From Mobula hypostoma (Eukaryota), in NCBI RefSeq assembly GCF_963921235.1, contig NC_086108.1, positions 32,490,001-32,554,000 on the forward strand: a stretch of DNA of 64,000 nt, read 5' to 3'. Of this stretch, positions 1-11,578 are shown one piece after another. Each line of letters starts with the position of its first letter. The first letter of the stretch is position 1. Both the position numbers and the translations under genes were made by a program. The notes beneath the pieces are model-generated. The model ran no database searches. It was not told the DNA's origin and saw only the letters and a list, made by a program, of their open reading frames with translations.

Positions 1-415
1 GCTCGGGGAAGTTGCAGAAGAGGTTTACCCGGAGTCTGCCTGGATGAGAGATTGAACAGACTTTGATTATTTTCCGTTGAGCATTGGAGATGGAAGGGAA
101 GCTTTTTGGAAGTTTATAAGACTATGAAAGGCATAGAGAGGTAGACATTTTGGAATCTTTTTCTCAGATTAGAAACACTAGAGGACATGCATTTAAGGTG
201 AAAGGGCTAAAAGTTTAAAAGAGATGTTCAGGACAAGTTTATTTTACACAGAGTGCTGGCCACCAGGAAAAGTGAAGGAAACAGATACAATAGTGGACAT
301 GAAGTTGCAGGGAATGGAGGGATATGAATCATGTACAGGCAGAGGAGAACTAGTTTTAAATTAGCACTGTGTTTGGTGCAGAAAGGCCTGTATTTGTGCT
401 GTACTGTCCAATGTT
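1..415 (+). mobile_element. CR1 LINE 3' fragment, degraded
   Basis: Decayed ORF2 C-terminus (QKRFTR, EVYKTMKGI-like) and 3' end GGCCTGTATTTGTGCTGTACTGT; resembles the intact CR1 at 12946-14100. Confidence 0.7.
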
Positions 416-469
416 GTCTCATCGTCATGGCTGCTCCTTGATCTCACCACCAATTTCCTTCAGTATCCC

Positions 470-930
470 CATATCCCTTAATCCCCTTCATCCTAGAAAA
501 GCATGGATCTGAGTGTTGAGGGAAAATAATGAATGATCCTGCTACAGCCCTACTGGATAGGGAATTCTAAAGGCTTAGAGAGAAAAAAATTTATCCTCAT
601 CTCAGTCCTAATTCTGAAACTCTGCACTTGATCCTAAACTTCTTAGTCAGGTGAGACATCCTTCAGCCTGTCATGTTTTGATGAGATCACCCTTCATTCT
701 TCTAAACTCTTGAAAACACAGAGCCAGTCTCCTCTATCTCTCCTCACACAGTAGATCCACTATAGCAGTATAGCAAATCTTTGCTGCGCTCCTTCCACAG
801 CAGGTACAGTACATCCTTCCTTAGCTGAGAAGACTGGACCTGTAGAGAGTACTCCAGGTGTTATCTCAGCAAGACGCGGACTCCTCTCCAAATAAAGGCT
901 AACTTATCATTTGCTCTTTTAATCAAATGG
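470..930 (-). mobile_element. Old CR1-like LINE fragment
   Basis: Motifs TCCTCATCTCAGTCCTA, CTTCATTCTTCTAAACTC and TACTCCAGGTG match the reverse strand of the CR1 ORF2 end. Confidence 0.45.
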
Positions 931-1064
931 CACTTGTTTGGTGGTCTCCAGGGAAGTATTCACAAACACTCTCATAACGCTACCCAGCCCACCTGCTGAT
1001 AACAAATACTCTATCTTCTGTATTGTGAAACTTCACTGTATTTTTTAGTTCTATTTTGTTTTTA

Positions 1065-1352
1065 TTTAGAGATGTAGTGCAGAAAAGACCCACGACACTT
1101 CAAACTGCACTGCCCTGCAACCCCTGGCAACCCCAGTTTAACCCTAACTTAACCATGGGACAATTGACAATGACCAATTAACCTACTACGTGGTACATAT
1201 TTGAACTGTGGGAGGAGAGCAGAGCACCTGGACAAAACCCATACAATCCATGGGAAGAAGGTACAAACTCCTTACAGAGGATGCTGGGATTGAACTCAGA
1301 ACTGTGACACCGCAAGCTGTAATGAAGTTGTGCTAACCATCGCACTACTGTG
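1065..1352 (-). mobile_element. tRNA-derived V-SINE (HE1-like)
   Basis: Reverse strand has a tRNA-like head (GAGTTCAATCCC B box) and V-domain CCAGGTGCTCTGCTCTCCTCCCACAG; similar to copies at 5631, 21056 and 46203. Confidence 0.7.
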
Positions 1353-1419
1353 TACCATGTAATACAATATGCTACATTATTCCTATTTTACATGATATTT
1401 TTTGTTATTATATATTATT

Positions 1420-2032
1420 TATCAGAATCAGAATCAGGTTTACTATCACCTGCAGGGGTATCATAAAATTTGTGAAATTAGCAGCAGCAGGACAATGCAG
1501 TACGTGATAACATAGAAAGAACAAACAAATAAATAAATAACCAAGTAAATCAATTACAGTATATGTATAGTGAATAGATTAAAAATACAGCAAAAACAGA
1601 AATAATATAAAAGAAGAAAAAAATGTAAGGTAGTGTTCATGGGTTCAATGTTCATTTAGAGATCGGATGGCAGAGGGGAAGAAGCTGTTCCTGAATCACT
1701 GAGTGTGTGCTTTCAGGCTTCTGCACCTCCTTCCTGACAGTAACAATAAGAAGAGGGCATGTCCTGGGTGCTGGGGGTCCTTGATAATGGACATTGTCTT
1801 TTTGAGGCACCACTTCTTGAAGATGACTTGGTCACTATGGAGGCTAGTACCCAAGATGGAGGTGATTAACTTTAGAACTTTTTGTAGCTTCTTTTGGCCC
1901 TGTGCAGTAGTCACCCCATACCAGACAGTGATGCAACCTGTCAGAGTAATCTCCAAGGTACATCTATAGAGGTGTTTTAGGTGATAAACCAATCTCTTCA
2001 AACTCCTAGTGAAATATAGCTGCTGTCTTGCC
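1420..2032 (-). mobile_element. Rex1/Babar-type LINE 3' fragment
   Basis: ORF 1696-2001 (LTGCITVWYG...SIIKDPQHPGHALF...SGRR.RSLKAHTQ) followed by RNSFFP and a (TCTGAT)n tail. Confidence 0.75.
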
Positions 2033-2736
2033 TATAATTTATATGTTATATATAAATTATTTTATTACATTATATATACTGGTACAATATATAGAATATA
2101 TTACACTATTTGCCACAAAGTGAGCCATTCACTTGGTTTGCCCACATTCTGAAGCCTTTTGACATAATTTTCTTTACTCACAATCCCACCTAGTTTGGGA
2201 GAGCAGTTTAGTTTCGGACCTGTTCCCCAACCCCATGGTAACTGTTACGTTTCGTAATGCATAAACTTCCTCCTTTTGTCATCTCTTCTCTTTGGATCTT
2301 CTTTGATCCTTTCAACTTTCATATCTTTCTTCTTTTCGCCTTCCTTGCAGAGTGACTGAAGCAGCTGAGCCATAGTTCAACTCCATTTTAATTAATTTGT
2401 CGTTCAATTCTGCTGTAACCCATATGGCTTGTTTATTGTTATTTTTCACGTTGTAAATCTTCAGGCTACTCAGTTCTGTGCCACTCATTATTATCAGATT
2501 TTTCATCAATAGCATGAAGCTTGGTGCTCTTTTTGAAAGTGTAACTTGACCTTTTATCTTTTTCTCTTTCCTGTGCAGTCCTTTTATTTTTGTCTAACCG
2601 GCATGCTTTTTGTATGTATCTTACTTTGTTGCATTTCCTGTAAGTTTCACCTTTAAATCTGCATTTGCCTCATGAATGTGAGCCCCTGCCACAATGATAG
2701 CACAATTTGCTCTGGCAGGCAGGCCTCCATCTAGAC

Positions 2737-2816
2737 CAGGGGATTCCAACCTTTTATATGCCATGAACCCCTACAATTAACTGAGGGGTCCATGGACACC
2801 AGGTTGCGAACCCCTG
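2737..2816. mobile_element. 80-bp hAT-Charlie-type MITE
   Basis: TIRs CAGGGGATTCCAACC / GGTTGCGAACCCCTG; flanks ATCTAGAC and GTCTAGAT fit the NTCTAGAN Charlie target. Confidence 0.75.
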
Positions 2817-2929
2817 GTCTAGATGCTCATTTTCACTCCTGACTGCAAATCAGTTACATTCCTGACTGCCATTTCCATTGATACACCTATTCAACTTTTA
2901 AATGCGAGCTGGTCTTCAGTTCAATCCGC

Positions 2930-3915
2930 ACAGATTGTGCAGATTGGAAATAAAATTTCCACCTCGCTGACAATCAACACTGGTGCACCACAGGGATGCA
3001 TGCTTAGCCCACTGCTCTACTCGCTCTACGCTCATGACTGTGTGGCTAAGCACAGCTCAAATGCTATCTATAAATTTGGTGATGATGCCACCATTGTTGG
3101 CGGAATTTCAGATGGTGACAAAAGGCATCCAGGAGCGAGATACCTGCATATCAGTTAGTGGAGTGGTGTTGCAGCGAATAACCTTGCACTCCATGTCAGC
3201 AAGACCAAGGAGCTGATTGTGAACTTCAGAAGGGGTAAGAAGAGGGAACACAAAACCAATCATCATAGAGGGATCAGAAGTAGAGAGAGTGAGCAATTTC
3301 AAGTTCCTGGGTGTCAATGGCTCTGAGGACTTAATCTGGATGCAACAGCTAAAAAGAAGGCAAGACAGCAGCTATATTTCATTAGGAGTCTGAGGGGATT
3401 TGGTCTGTCAACTAAAAAACTCAAGAACTTCTACAAGTTTACCATAGAGAGCTGTCTGGCTGGCTGTATCACCCCCTGGTGTGAGGGGGCTACTGCACAA
3501 GATTGCAGAAAGTTGTAAGATTAGTCAACTCCATCATGGGTACCAGCCTCCATAAAGGAGCGGTGCCTTAGGAAGGCAGTATCCATTATTAAGGACCTCT
3601 ACCACCAAGGACATGCCTTGTTCTCATTGTTATCATTGGGAAAGAGGTACAGAAGCTGGAAGGCACACACTCAACGATTCGGGAACAGCTTCTTCCCCTC
3701 TGCCATCCCATTTCTAAATGGACAATGAACACATGGACACGACCTCACCACTTTATTATTTGTTTTTCGCACTATTTATTTTAACTTAACTAATTAATAT
3801 ATATACATACTTACTGTAATTCAGTGGTTTTCTCTATATTTATCAAATATTTCATTGCACTGCTTTCATAAAGTCAACATATGCTGGTGCTATTAAACCT
3901 GATTCTGATTCCAAT
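2930..3915 (+). mobile_element. Rex1/Babar-type LINE, 5'-truncated, with RT fragment
   Basis: INTGAPQGCMLSPLLYSLY..DC...KFGDDATIVG RT motifs, FKFLGV, HTQRFGNSFFPSAI, tail ATTAAACCTGATTCTGATT. Confidence 0.8.
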
Positions 3916-5630
3916 TCTAATTCTGAGTTAGATGCTTTTCAATTTTTTGTTATAAGATTCCACAAACTAAATGATCTCTCAGTACATCATTAAGCCCATC
4001 ACTGAACTGGCAATGTTCAGTCTCTTCAACTCAGCCTTGTACACTGAAATGGACTGCCCGTGATTTTGGTTCTAAATACTCCTGCACTACTTTCACAATA
4101 TCAGCAAAGCTCAATTTGGTTGGATTGGTTGGAGCAGCTGAATTTCTGAGCAAACTGTGTACCTTTAAATAAAATGCACTCACTGAAATTGGCACTCACT
4201 TCTCACTGGCTATTTTTTTGCTTCAGAATACTGCTCAATCTGCTCTGTATACAATGTCTAGTTACTGTATCTATCGTGTAATCAAATGCGTCAGTCTTTC
4301 TAATGTAGCCAGCTATTTCTGCTCTTTTTTTAATGACGATTATCATCTGGTATTCACTGTTTATGAACCTGTAAATTCTTCCATTTTCTGCCTTTTTTTT
4401 ACTCAACAGTCTCTGTTTCCTTTTCTGAAGGAGCACAAGCTGCACTGTTTCTTTAAAACTCTAACATCTCGCTGCACTTGTTTAAAATGCGAGTGTCTTA
4501 CTGAAAGGGAAACAAGGAGCCAGGAGATAAACACAGGTACTTCGCTTTTTACTTTAAACAAGGCATGCGCGTGTGATGACGTGTGACATTTACACAATGC
4601 ATTATGTAAACAATGAATGAATGCTTAATCAACCAATATATTTACAATATTATTCAAATAGTACTAAAATATTAAATACACTACAGTAACAATGTCAGAA
4701 TAAATTCTAGCCACTTTTATGGAGTACTCCTAACTCAGAAAGTTGGGACTTGGAGAGGGAGTAGGAGACTTAACTCTATCCACAACCAGCTCAGAACCAC
4801 TTACTCTAGTCGAGCCAGGGACTGGATATGTCTCCACTGTTAAACCGACTCAAGGGACTGGGCTAACAGTTGTTGCTGGGCTGATCCCAAGGGATCCATT
4901 TCTCACAACAAGCCCTTCAAATGGCCACTCCCCATCACACATGGGGATAAAGGCTACTGATGTGGTTCCAAGTAAGTTATCACTTGAGGGAGAAAGTTTT
5001 CAGTCCACTTTAAAGCAGATGGGAAGAGACTCTCTCCGATTCCTGGCACCAAGTTGGTGCTGTTGATTTGGATTTGTTGAGCTGAAGAGCCTATCTCTGT
5101 GATGTATCTCTCCATGCTCAGTGCATGTGTATGTTATTGGGCAAAATGGAAAAATCAGGAGGTGAAAGCAATAGATTACAAATGGATTTGGAAGTTACTC
5201 TTAAAGCATGTGACTGCGTTGCTCCCAAATGTTTCAAGTTAATGACAAGACAAATAGCGAATACTGATATATGGAGAAAATATCATAAAAGGCACAGATA
5301 AACATTTTGCTCAACAACTGTTTGCCTTGGGTTTAAAATGATATCAAGCCACCCTCCAAATAAAATTTCTTGTGAGTGTAGGTATATTTTCTTTAAAAGA
5401 TCTGCAGAGGGTGGAAATCTGAAATGAAAAAGGGAAAATGTAGAAACACTTAGTCAGTAAAGCAGCATCCGTGGAGAGAGAAGTAGAATTAATGTTTGGG
5501 GTTAATGATGAGCCAAATGTATCCTTACCCAACGTATCCTTCCATCACAATGTTCTGATCCATGGACTTAGAGAAAACACAAAAGGCGACTATTCTGCCT
5601 ATCATGCCGTGTCATTCCTTTAAATTACTG

Positions 5631-6667
5631 TTGGGTGCCACAGTAGTGTAGTGTCTAGTACGCCACTGTTACAGGTCGAGGTGTTGAAGATCATTTCCAG
5701 CATTCTCTGTAAGAAAGTTTGTGCATTCCTTTCTGTGTGTGCATGGGTTTCCGCCGGTTTCCTTCCAGGGTCCAAAGATGTATTGGTTAATTAGTGGGTT
5801 AATTAGTCATTGTAAATTGTCCTCTGATTAGGCAAAGGTTAAATAGGTGGGTTGCTGGGTGGTGCAACGCCTTCCAGACAGCTCACAGAACTACCTCTTC
5901 CACTTTTCTATCCTGTGATCTACATTTCGGTGGTGTGTTTTTGGACTAATTGAGTGATCTGCTGTTTTGCTGACTCTGAGGGTATTCCTTGAGGCTTTGA
6001 GCAAGGTGTGTGGCCTAGAGATGGGGCGTGAGCCCATGACTGACCCCCTTTCTCACTAATTAACTCATCAAGGAAGATTGAAATCACTGAGACCAGTGCG
6101 GAGGGCGCTGTCCACCAGCCACTCGCTCGCTCTGCTGCCGGAGGAGCGCGTTTGTGTGTGACGATCCTGAAGGAAGGCTGTGTACTCCAATGGTCTTTCT
6201 ATCCCTCGATGCTGTCGGAGGGTGGCGCTGGAATTCTGGGCAAGGTTTATTTGATGCGGTTTGTGCATTGGACTCAGCAGTTCATGTTATGATATGTGTT
6301 TCTGATTACTCCTTTTTTGGGGGCAACTTTGAATTGGGGCGGCCTGCAGATAACAAACACTGAGCTGAACTGAACGCGCCCGGGCTCTTTCAGTTTTGTG
6401 CTTTATATTCTGTGTTTTTCATTCGTTTTGTTTTGTTGTCATTTGGACGGTGTTGTTTTTTGCATGTGGGAGAGATTTGATGTTTTTCTTTGAAAGGGTT
6501 CCATGGTTTTCTTTGCTTTGTGGCCGTCTGTGTGGAAGACAAATCTCAGGGTTGTATACTGCATACCTACTTTGATAATAAATGTACTTTGAATCTTTGA
6601 GTCAGTGGGCTGGAAGGGCCTGTTCTAAGCTGAATCTTTAAATTAATTTTAAAAAATTAAAATAAAT
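5631..6667 (+). mobile_element. V-SINE (5631-5872 and 6601-6667) split by an inserted element
   Basis: Head TGCCACAGTAGTGTAG, V-domain GCATGGGTTTCC...CCAAAGA; tail GGGCTGGAAGGGCCTGTT...AAATAAATA resumes after 6600. Confidence 0.6.
5873..6600 (+). mobile_element. Non-coding retroposon-like element inserted in the V-SINE; family not identified
   Basis: Ends in TTTGATAATAAATGTACTTTGAATCTTTGA, a LINE-like 3' tail; SINE sequence continues on both sides. Confidence 0.45.
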
Positions 6668-6759
6668 ACAGTCTCATGCTCATCACTCACCCCTCCCTCA
6701 GCTCTCTCCCCTGTGTTCTACAGTTTGGGGCCTCACTTATTCCATGGAAGAACAGCACA

Positions 6760-7472
6760 ACAGTACGTGCTGGAAATGAACACTATGCGTGCCGCGGTAC
6801 ACAGCAGGACAGGCAGCGTCTGTGGAGAGAAAAAAAGTAACACTTCAGGTCATTGAAGCTTTATCAGAATGTAAACTCACTGAAAAGGGGCTCTTGGAGA
6901 GAAAAGAAAGGGGAGTTTGTAACAGTTGGAAATTAGGAGAGATCAAAGATCAAAAACTGATGATATTTGTTGGTGATGGCGCAACTTCAGCAAATGTTGG
7001 AGATACTTGTTAAGGTGAGCAGCATCAGCGGACGGAAACCAAGCGCGTGTTAAGTCGTAGTGAAACACGAGCTGCTGGAGGAACTCAGCAGGTCAGGCAG
7101 CATCCATGGAGGGGAACGAACAGACGTCATTTCAGGTCATGACCCCTCACTTGGACTCCATGGCAAGTTTGAGAGAGTCCGGCCATGGGACGGAGAGAGA
7201 AAGCGCCAACACATATCGGAGAGAGGAGAGCATAGAACTGCGGGAAAGACATTGGGAGCAACGAATGGACTGCAAGTACCTAAATTGGGACAACTGGCAG
7301 GTCAAGAGATGTTGCTGGAAGCAGGATATCGTACTTATATCTGTTTTACCCCAGATTTTTAGTATCTGCAGTTTTAGTTTAGAAGACACAGGATGCAGCT
7401 CTGGTGAAAAGTCATGGAACGAGAACGCTAACGCTCTTTCTCCATAGATACTGACTGTCTCCAGCATTTTCT
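6760..7472. repeat. Cluster of Penelope-derived non-autonomous repeat fragments in both orientations
   Basis: GCTGGAGGAACTCAGCAGGTCAGGCAGCATCCATGGAG at ~7073 and related GGCAGCGTCTGTGGAGAG / CTCCAGCATTTTCTGTGTT segments; same family near 5430, 8815, 9575-10170, 12540, 55280-55650, 60590 and 62460. Confidence 0.5.
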
Positions 7473-7541
7473 GTGTTTGTCGGTTCTTGGCAGTGAGTGA
7501 CCCAGAGTGGATGCAATGCATCCATTCACACGTCAGTGGAG

Positions 7542-7570
7542 TCCGCCCCTGTGGGATGCACTATAAATAA
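7542..7570 (+). promoter_or_regulatory. MYOC: MYOC core promoter: GC box and TATA box
   Basis: TCCGCCCC at 7542-7549 and TATAAATAA at 7562-7570, 54 nt upstream of the ATG at 7616. Confidence 0.7.
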
Positions 7571-7615
7571 CCCGGCTCCCCAGCTCCAGGCATACAGACC
7601 CGACTGCCTGCCGAT

Positions 7616-8051
7616 ATGAGTGCCGTTTCTCTGTTCGCGCTCGCCTCCTTCTTCCTTGCAGCCTCCGGCCAGCAGCCCACATTCTCTCGCGGTTTGAACC
7701 GGGACGGGCGATGCATTTACTCCTTCACGGTGCCGAGCCCGGTCGAGACGAGCTGCTCCGAGCCCGGGGAAGTTCTGAAAACCGTGCGGGAGATGCAGAG
7801 GGAGGGGGCTGCCCAGCAGAGGGAGGTGGAGTCACTGGGACAGCGGCTGAAGGTCCTGGAGCGCTGGGTTGCCGGTCAGGAGGAGAGGGGTAGCCAAGGA
7901 GTCCGGAACGATGTCAGGAGCCTGCAGATGGAAAAGTTGGACTTGCTGCGGAGGCTGGAGCGCGCCGAACAGGAGAATGCCCGGCTCCGGGACGGCCAGT
8001 GTCCCGGCTTGCGAGAAACTCCCCAGGACTCTCACCACATCGTTCCTGGGG
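7616..8051 (+). CDS. MYOC: Myocilin exon 1: signal peptide and coiled coil/leucine zipper
   Basis: Hydrophobic leader MSAVSLFALASFFLAASG, GRCIYSFTVPSPVETSC, QENARLRDGQCP; donor GGG|GTAGGA gives phase 1, matching exon 2. Confidence 0.88.
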
Positions 8052-9312
8052 GTAGGACACATCAAACTCGGGCCGCAGTGCCGAGCGTTGTATCTAGACA
8101 GTGGGCACACGACCAGTCTTCAGGGTCCCGGGTCAGTGACAGGGCTCCCTGCCCAGTAAGAGTGGGTGTCTATTCATGCAGAAAGGTCTCTGTCTATTGG
8201 GAGGAGTCCGTGTCATGTTGGGGTTCTCTGCCCATTAAGAGAGATCTGTGTGCATACTGCGGACTCCCTGGTTGTTTAGGCGACCAGGAGCGCTCAGCAT
8301 CCCCAAGCAGTTAATCGCGCTCATCAGCAAGTCCGGGAGCTTGAGGAAATCACTCCGGCACCAACCGAAGCAAGCTCAGGGTCAAGGGCAGTGATGTGGC
8401 ACAAACTTCTCCGCAGATTGCCCTCAACCCCCACCCATCCCTTAACAGACATTCGCTGATCCGGGAGCAGACTGGCCTGATCTGTTCCAGCGAAGTTCTT
8501 TGGGATCGAACTCCGGTTTTACACTGGAATAGCGAGAAGCCTCGCACTCCACAGCTAGTGCTGGAACAGCACAAATGTAGTCTGTAGAAGTGAAAGATTG
8601 AAGCAGAATCCAGGGAGGTTCGCTTAAATCGGCTGTCCGCTATAAGATCCAATCATTTGGCAGCAGAACGCTTGTTTTTACATGAGATTAACCGCTTTAC
8701 TATTCCATGCGAGTGACGAATTTTGCATCTACAAGTGAAAGTCAGGTTGTGTAGAGGAGAGAAGATCAGACAGGTCAGGCTGGATAAAGATCGCTTTGAC
8801 CATTATGCACTTCTGTCCTGACGAAAGATTTTTGACCTGATTTCTTTTCGCCCTTCACAGATGCTACCTGACCTTATGAGTGACTTCAGCATTTTCTATT
8901 ATATGCCTTGTTTTCATATTTCCAGGACTTACAGTATTGTGCAAATATTTTAGATATTTCCTTAATACATCAAAGAAATTAATTAGTCTTTTATTTAATT
9001 CGTACGTTTTTGTTTCGTTTATTAAATATGACAAGCAATCAATAGCCATGTTGAATAGGAGGTAGTGGGTGCTAACACTGAGGAATGGCGAGCCTGAAAG
9101 GATTTTGTCTTGTTTTAGGGAGACAAGATTTCTTCAATTTATCTTCTCGACAGAAAGCGCAGTCTCGCCAGGAAGGTAAGAGTTCTGCACAAAGTTTTTC
9201 CCTTAATCTGTTTGGCAGGTCGAACGTTCGAGATCCGCCAGTGCAATTTCTGCAGAAACGGTTGTTTTTGCTATTCGTCGAAGGTCTAATTGCAGTCTGC
9301 CTCTCGCTACAG

Positions 9313-9441
9313 CGTCCAGCTGGAGCTTTGAAAATTCCAGGTACCAAGAGCTGAAATCGGACATTATTACAGAGATTCCCGCTTCCAAACTGATACAGCA
9401 GAGTAAATCTGGAACCTCACTCACAACGCAACAACCCCCAG
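9313..9441 (+). CDS. MYOC: Myocilin exon 2 (linker)
   Basis: Acceptor CTACAG|, 129 nt, phase 1-1, SSWSFENSRYQELKSDIITEIPASKLI resembles human [24 protein letters not shown]; donor CAG|GTATCT. Confidence 0.9.
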
Positions 9442-9574
9442 GTATCTGCTCGAATTTAACTCCCGCTCTACTGTTAGTAACTGAGAATCCGACATTGGAT
9501 CATGAAACTGCGTTTCGTTTATTTCTTCGTCTTGTTTATTTTAAAATAGAACTGAAAGAAACTCGATCACAAAC

Positions 9575-10170
9575 AAGGGATGCTGGAAATCCAAGCAACA
9601 CACAAAACAAAAAAAAAGTGCTGGAGGAACTCCACGGGTCTGAGGCGGCTCAGTAGCCTCCATTACATTGGAGAGACCCGATGCACTGGGGGAACGACGT
9701 AGTCGAGCACCTTCGCACTGCCGGTCACAACAGCCAGGAGCCACCCATTCCACGTTCCATTCTCACTGTCTCCCATTACCTCCCCTACTGCTAATTTGAC
9801 TAGAGGTCATCACTTTATTTTCTGATTTGGTAGTCTCCAACATCGATTTCCGGTAACCACTCCCCGTTTCCTTCCCGCCCCCCTCCCATACGTTTGTTTT
9901 CCCTTTTGCCCCGGCCACATTTATCCCCTCTCCCACCCTCTACTCTTTATTCCATGGGCCACCATCCTCTCCTATCAAATTACATCTTCAGCCTTTTTGC
10001 CTCTTTCACTAATCACCTAGCTTCTCCATTCCTTCCCCCAACCTTTCCATCGTCCATCTCTCACCTGGATTCGCTCACCCGCCAAGCTCATGTCTCTCCC
10101 AACCATTTTGTTCTGGCCTCTGCCCTTTCTTTCCAGTCCTGAAGGGGTTTGGCCTGAAACGTTGACCCAA
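9575..10170. repeat. Penelope-derived repeat in MYOC intron 2
   Basis: GATGCTGGAAATCCAAGCAACACACAAAA...TGCTGGAGGAACTC, a pyrimidine-rich body, and a hammerhead-like end CAGTCCTGAAGGGGTTTGGCCTGAAACGTTGAC. Confidence 0.55.
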
Positions 10171-11578
10171 AACATGTGTTGCTCCATTTTTAGAGGATTC
10201 TTCACGGCTGTAGTAAATGATGAAGCAGACCTAGCTCAATCCTGTACTCATGTCAAAAATTCTATCTGCTCAATTTTGTTCCCGGTGACTTGGTCTCCAA
10301 AGCTTCTGCAGTGCAGAATGCCACAAGTTCACCTAGTGAAGACAGTAACTCAGCTAAGTAACTTGCCTATAGGTGTTGCACCTGACCAGCAGGTTCTGAA
10401 GCAGGCGCTGCCATCGCTAGAATAACTTGTTGGGCAATAAAACTATCCACTTTCTTTCACACCAACATTATCAAACTTGAGTTTCAATATGAACCATATA
10501 TTAGGAAAGAGAACTAAAAATGATGAAATCATTTAGGTTTTGAAGGAGGATGAAAGAGGGAGAATTCTAGAAATTATTAATATTGTCAAACTTTTTAGTG
10601 CACAGGTTTTGGAAAAGTATCAGCAGATCCTGGCAGCTGTACATTTCCAATGCAGTCTTGCACATTTAATAATTATCAAATGTAGGTGGAAAAAGTGATT
10701 GCATATTAGGATATTACTGAGTTTAGAATAGCACTAGGGTTCCTGTGCAGACCAGCTTTTGTACCCTGTAGCTTTCGGGAAGTGCTCCTGATTCCACAAA
10801 CCCAAGGACCACACCAGCCTAATTTTCTTTCCTTTGGCATCATGGAGTGCAAGAAGGCCCCTCATCTATTTGCCCTAGTTCAAATTTAGTTTGCTTTCTC
10901 CATCTTTTCTATTCTGGTTTGGATGAAGCATTTGAATTACGCGAGATTTCAGATGTTTAAAACATGGCCCTAACATTTATTATGGGGAAAAAAAACTTCC
11001 TACCTTGCAGGATACCTTTCAAGTTACATTTACCAAGGAAGAATATAAAGGAGCTGCCTTTAATAAAAATTGGTGTGCTATCTACTTTTAATTATATATC
11101 TTATTGAACACAGCACAAGGATTAAAAAAACAAGGCATCTTTTAATGTCTCCTTAGATCAGAAATCACAATGAGTTTATTTCTTTAGTACCATTTCCCTT
11201 AACATCCTCGCACTTTTTAAAATTTCAGTAAACCCAAATCTTCAAACAGTGCTCCGAATTTCCATTAATCCTTGTTTCCCCTGAAACTGGCAGGGTTTAA
11301 GTTGCATCTTGCTCTGATTCCCTCAACAAATGGTTCTCCCATGTCTAAACTCTTGCCATTACAACTGTTGATGGAAGGCACGTTCTCAATTAAAGCACAA
11401 CCAATATGGAACACAAGTCCATTTGTACAGGAGTGATGCAAAGGAAAACAAAATTGTTATGTACATGTCCTTGATGATGGGTAGGTTGGTGCCTTTGGGC
11501 AGTTTTAAGTGTCGCTATAGAACCTTCTGGTCCTAAACAGAGAATCTGAATGGACCTTTCTTAATCTTGCCCTGGCAG

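Larger units (their letters stand above)
2312..4684 (-). mobile_element. Decayed Gypsy-type LTR retrotransposon: LTR, gag and protease, interrupted by a LINE and a MITE
   Basis: LTR-like start TGTAGTGTATTTAATA at 4684; gag-like AGYIRKTDAFDY (~4300) and GLNDVLRDHLVCGIL (~3970); zinc knuckle CYHCGRGSH..C (~2690); protease-like IKMELNYGSAASV (~2370); stops and frameshifts. Confidence 0.65.

Noticed and set aside
1420..3915. Oppositely oriented Rex fragments as a functional long inverted repeat
   Set aside because: The copies are diverged, independent insertions in intergenic DNA with no sign of a transcript spanning both
4743..5066. 107-aa Thr/Pro-rich ORF
   Set aside because: Non-ATG start, no recognisable domain or splice context; probably repeat-derived
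8052..8314. Extension of the 232-aa ORF beyond MYOC exon 1, including GT donors after 8131 and 8155
   Set aside because: Intron read-through; those donors are phase 0 and do not fit the phase-1 acceptor of exon 2, and the peptide is not myocilin-like
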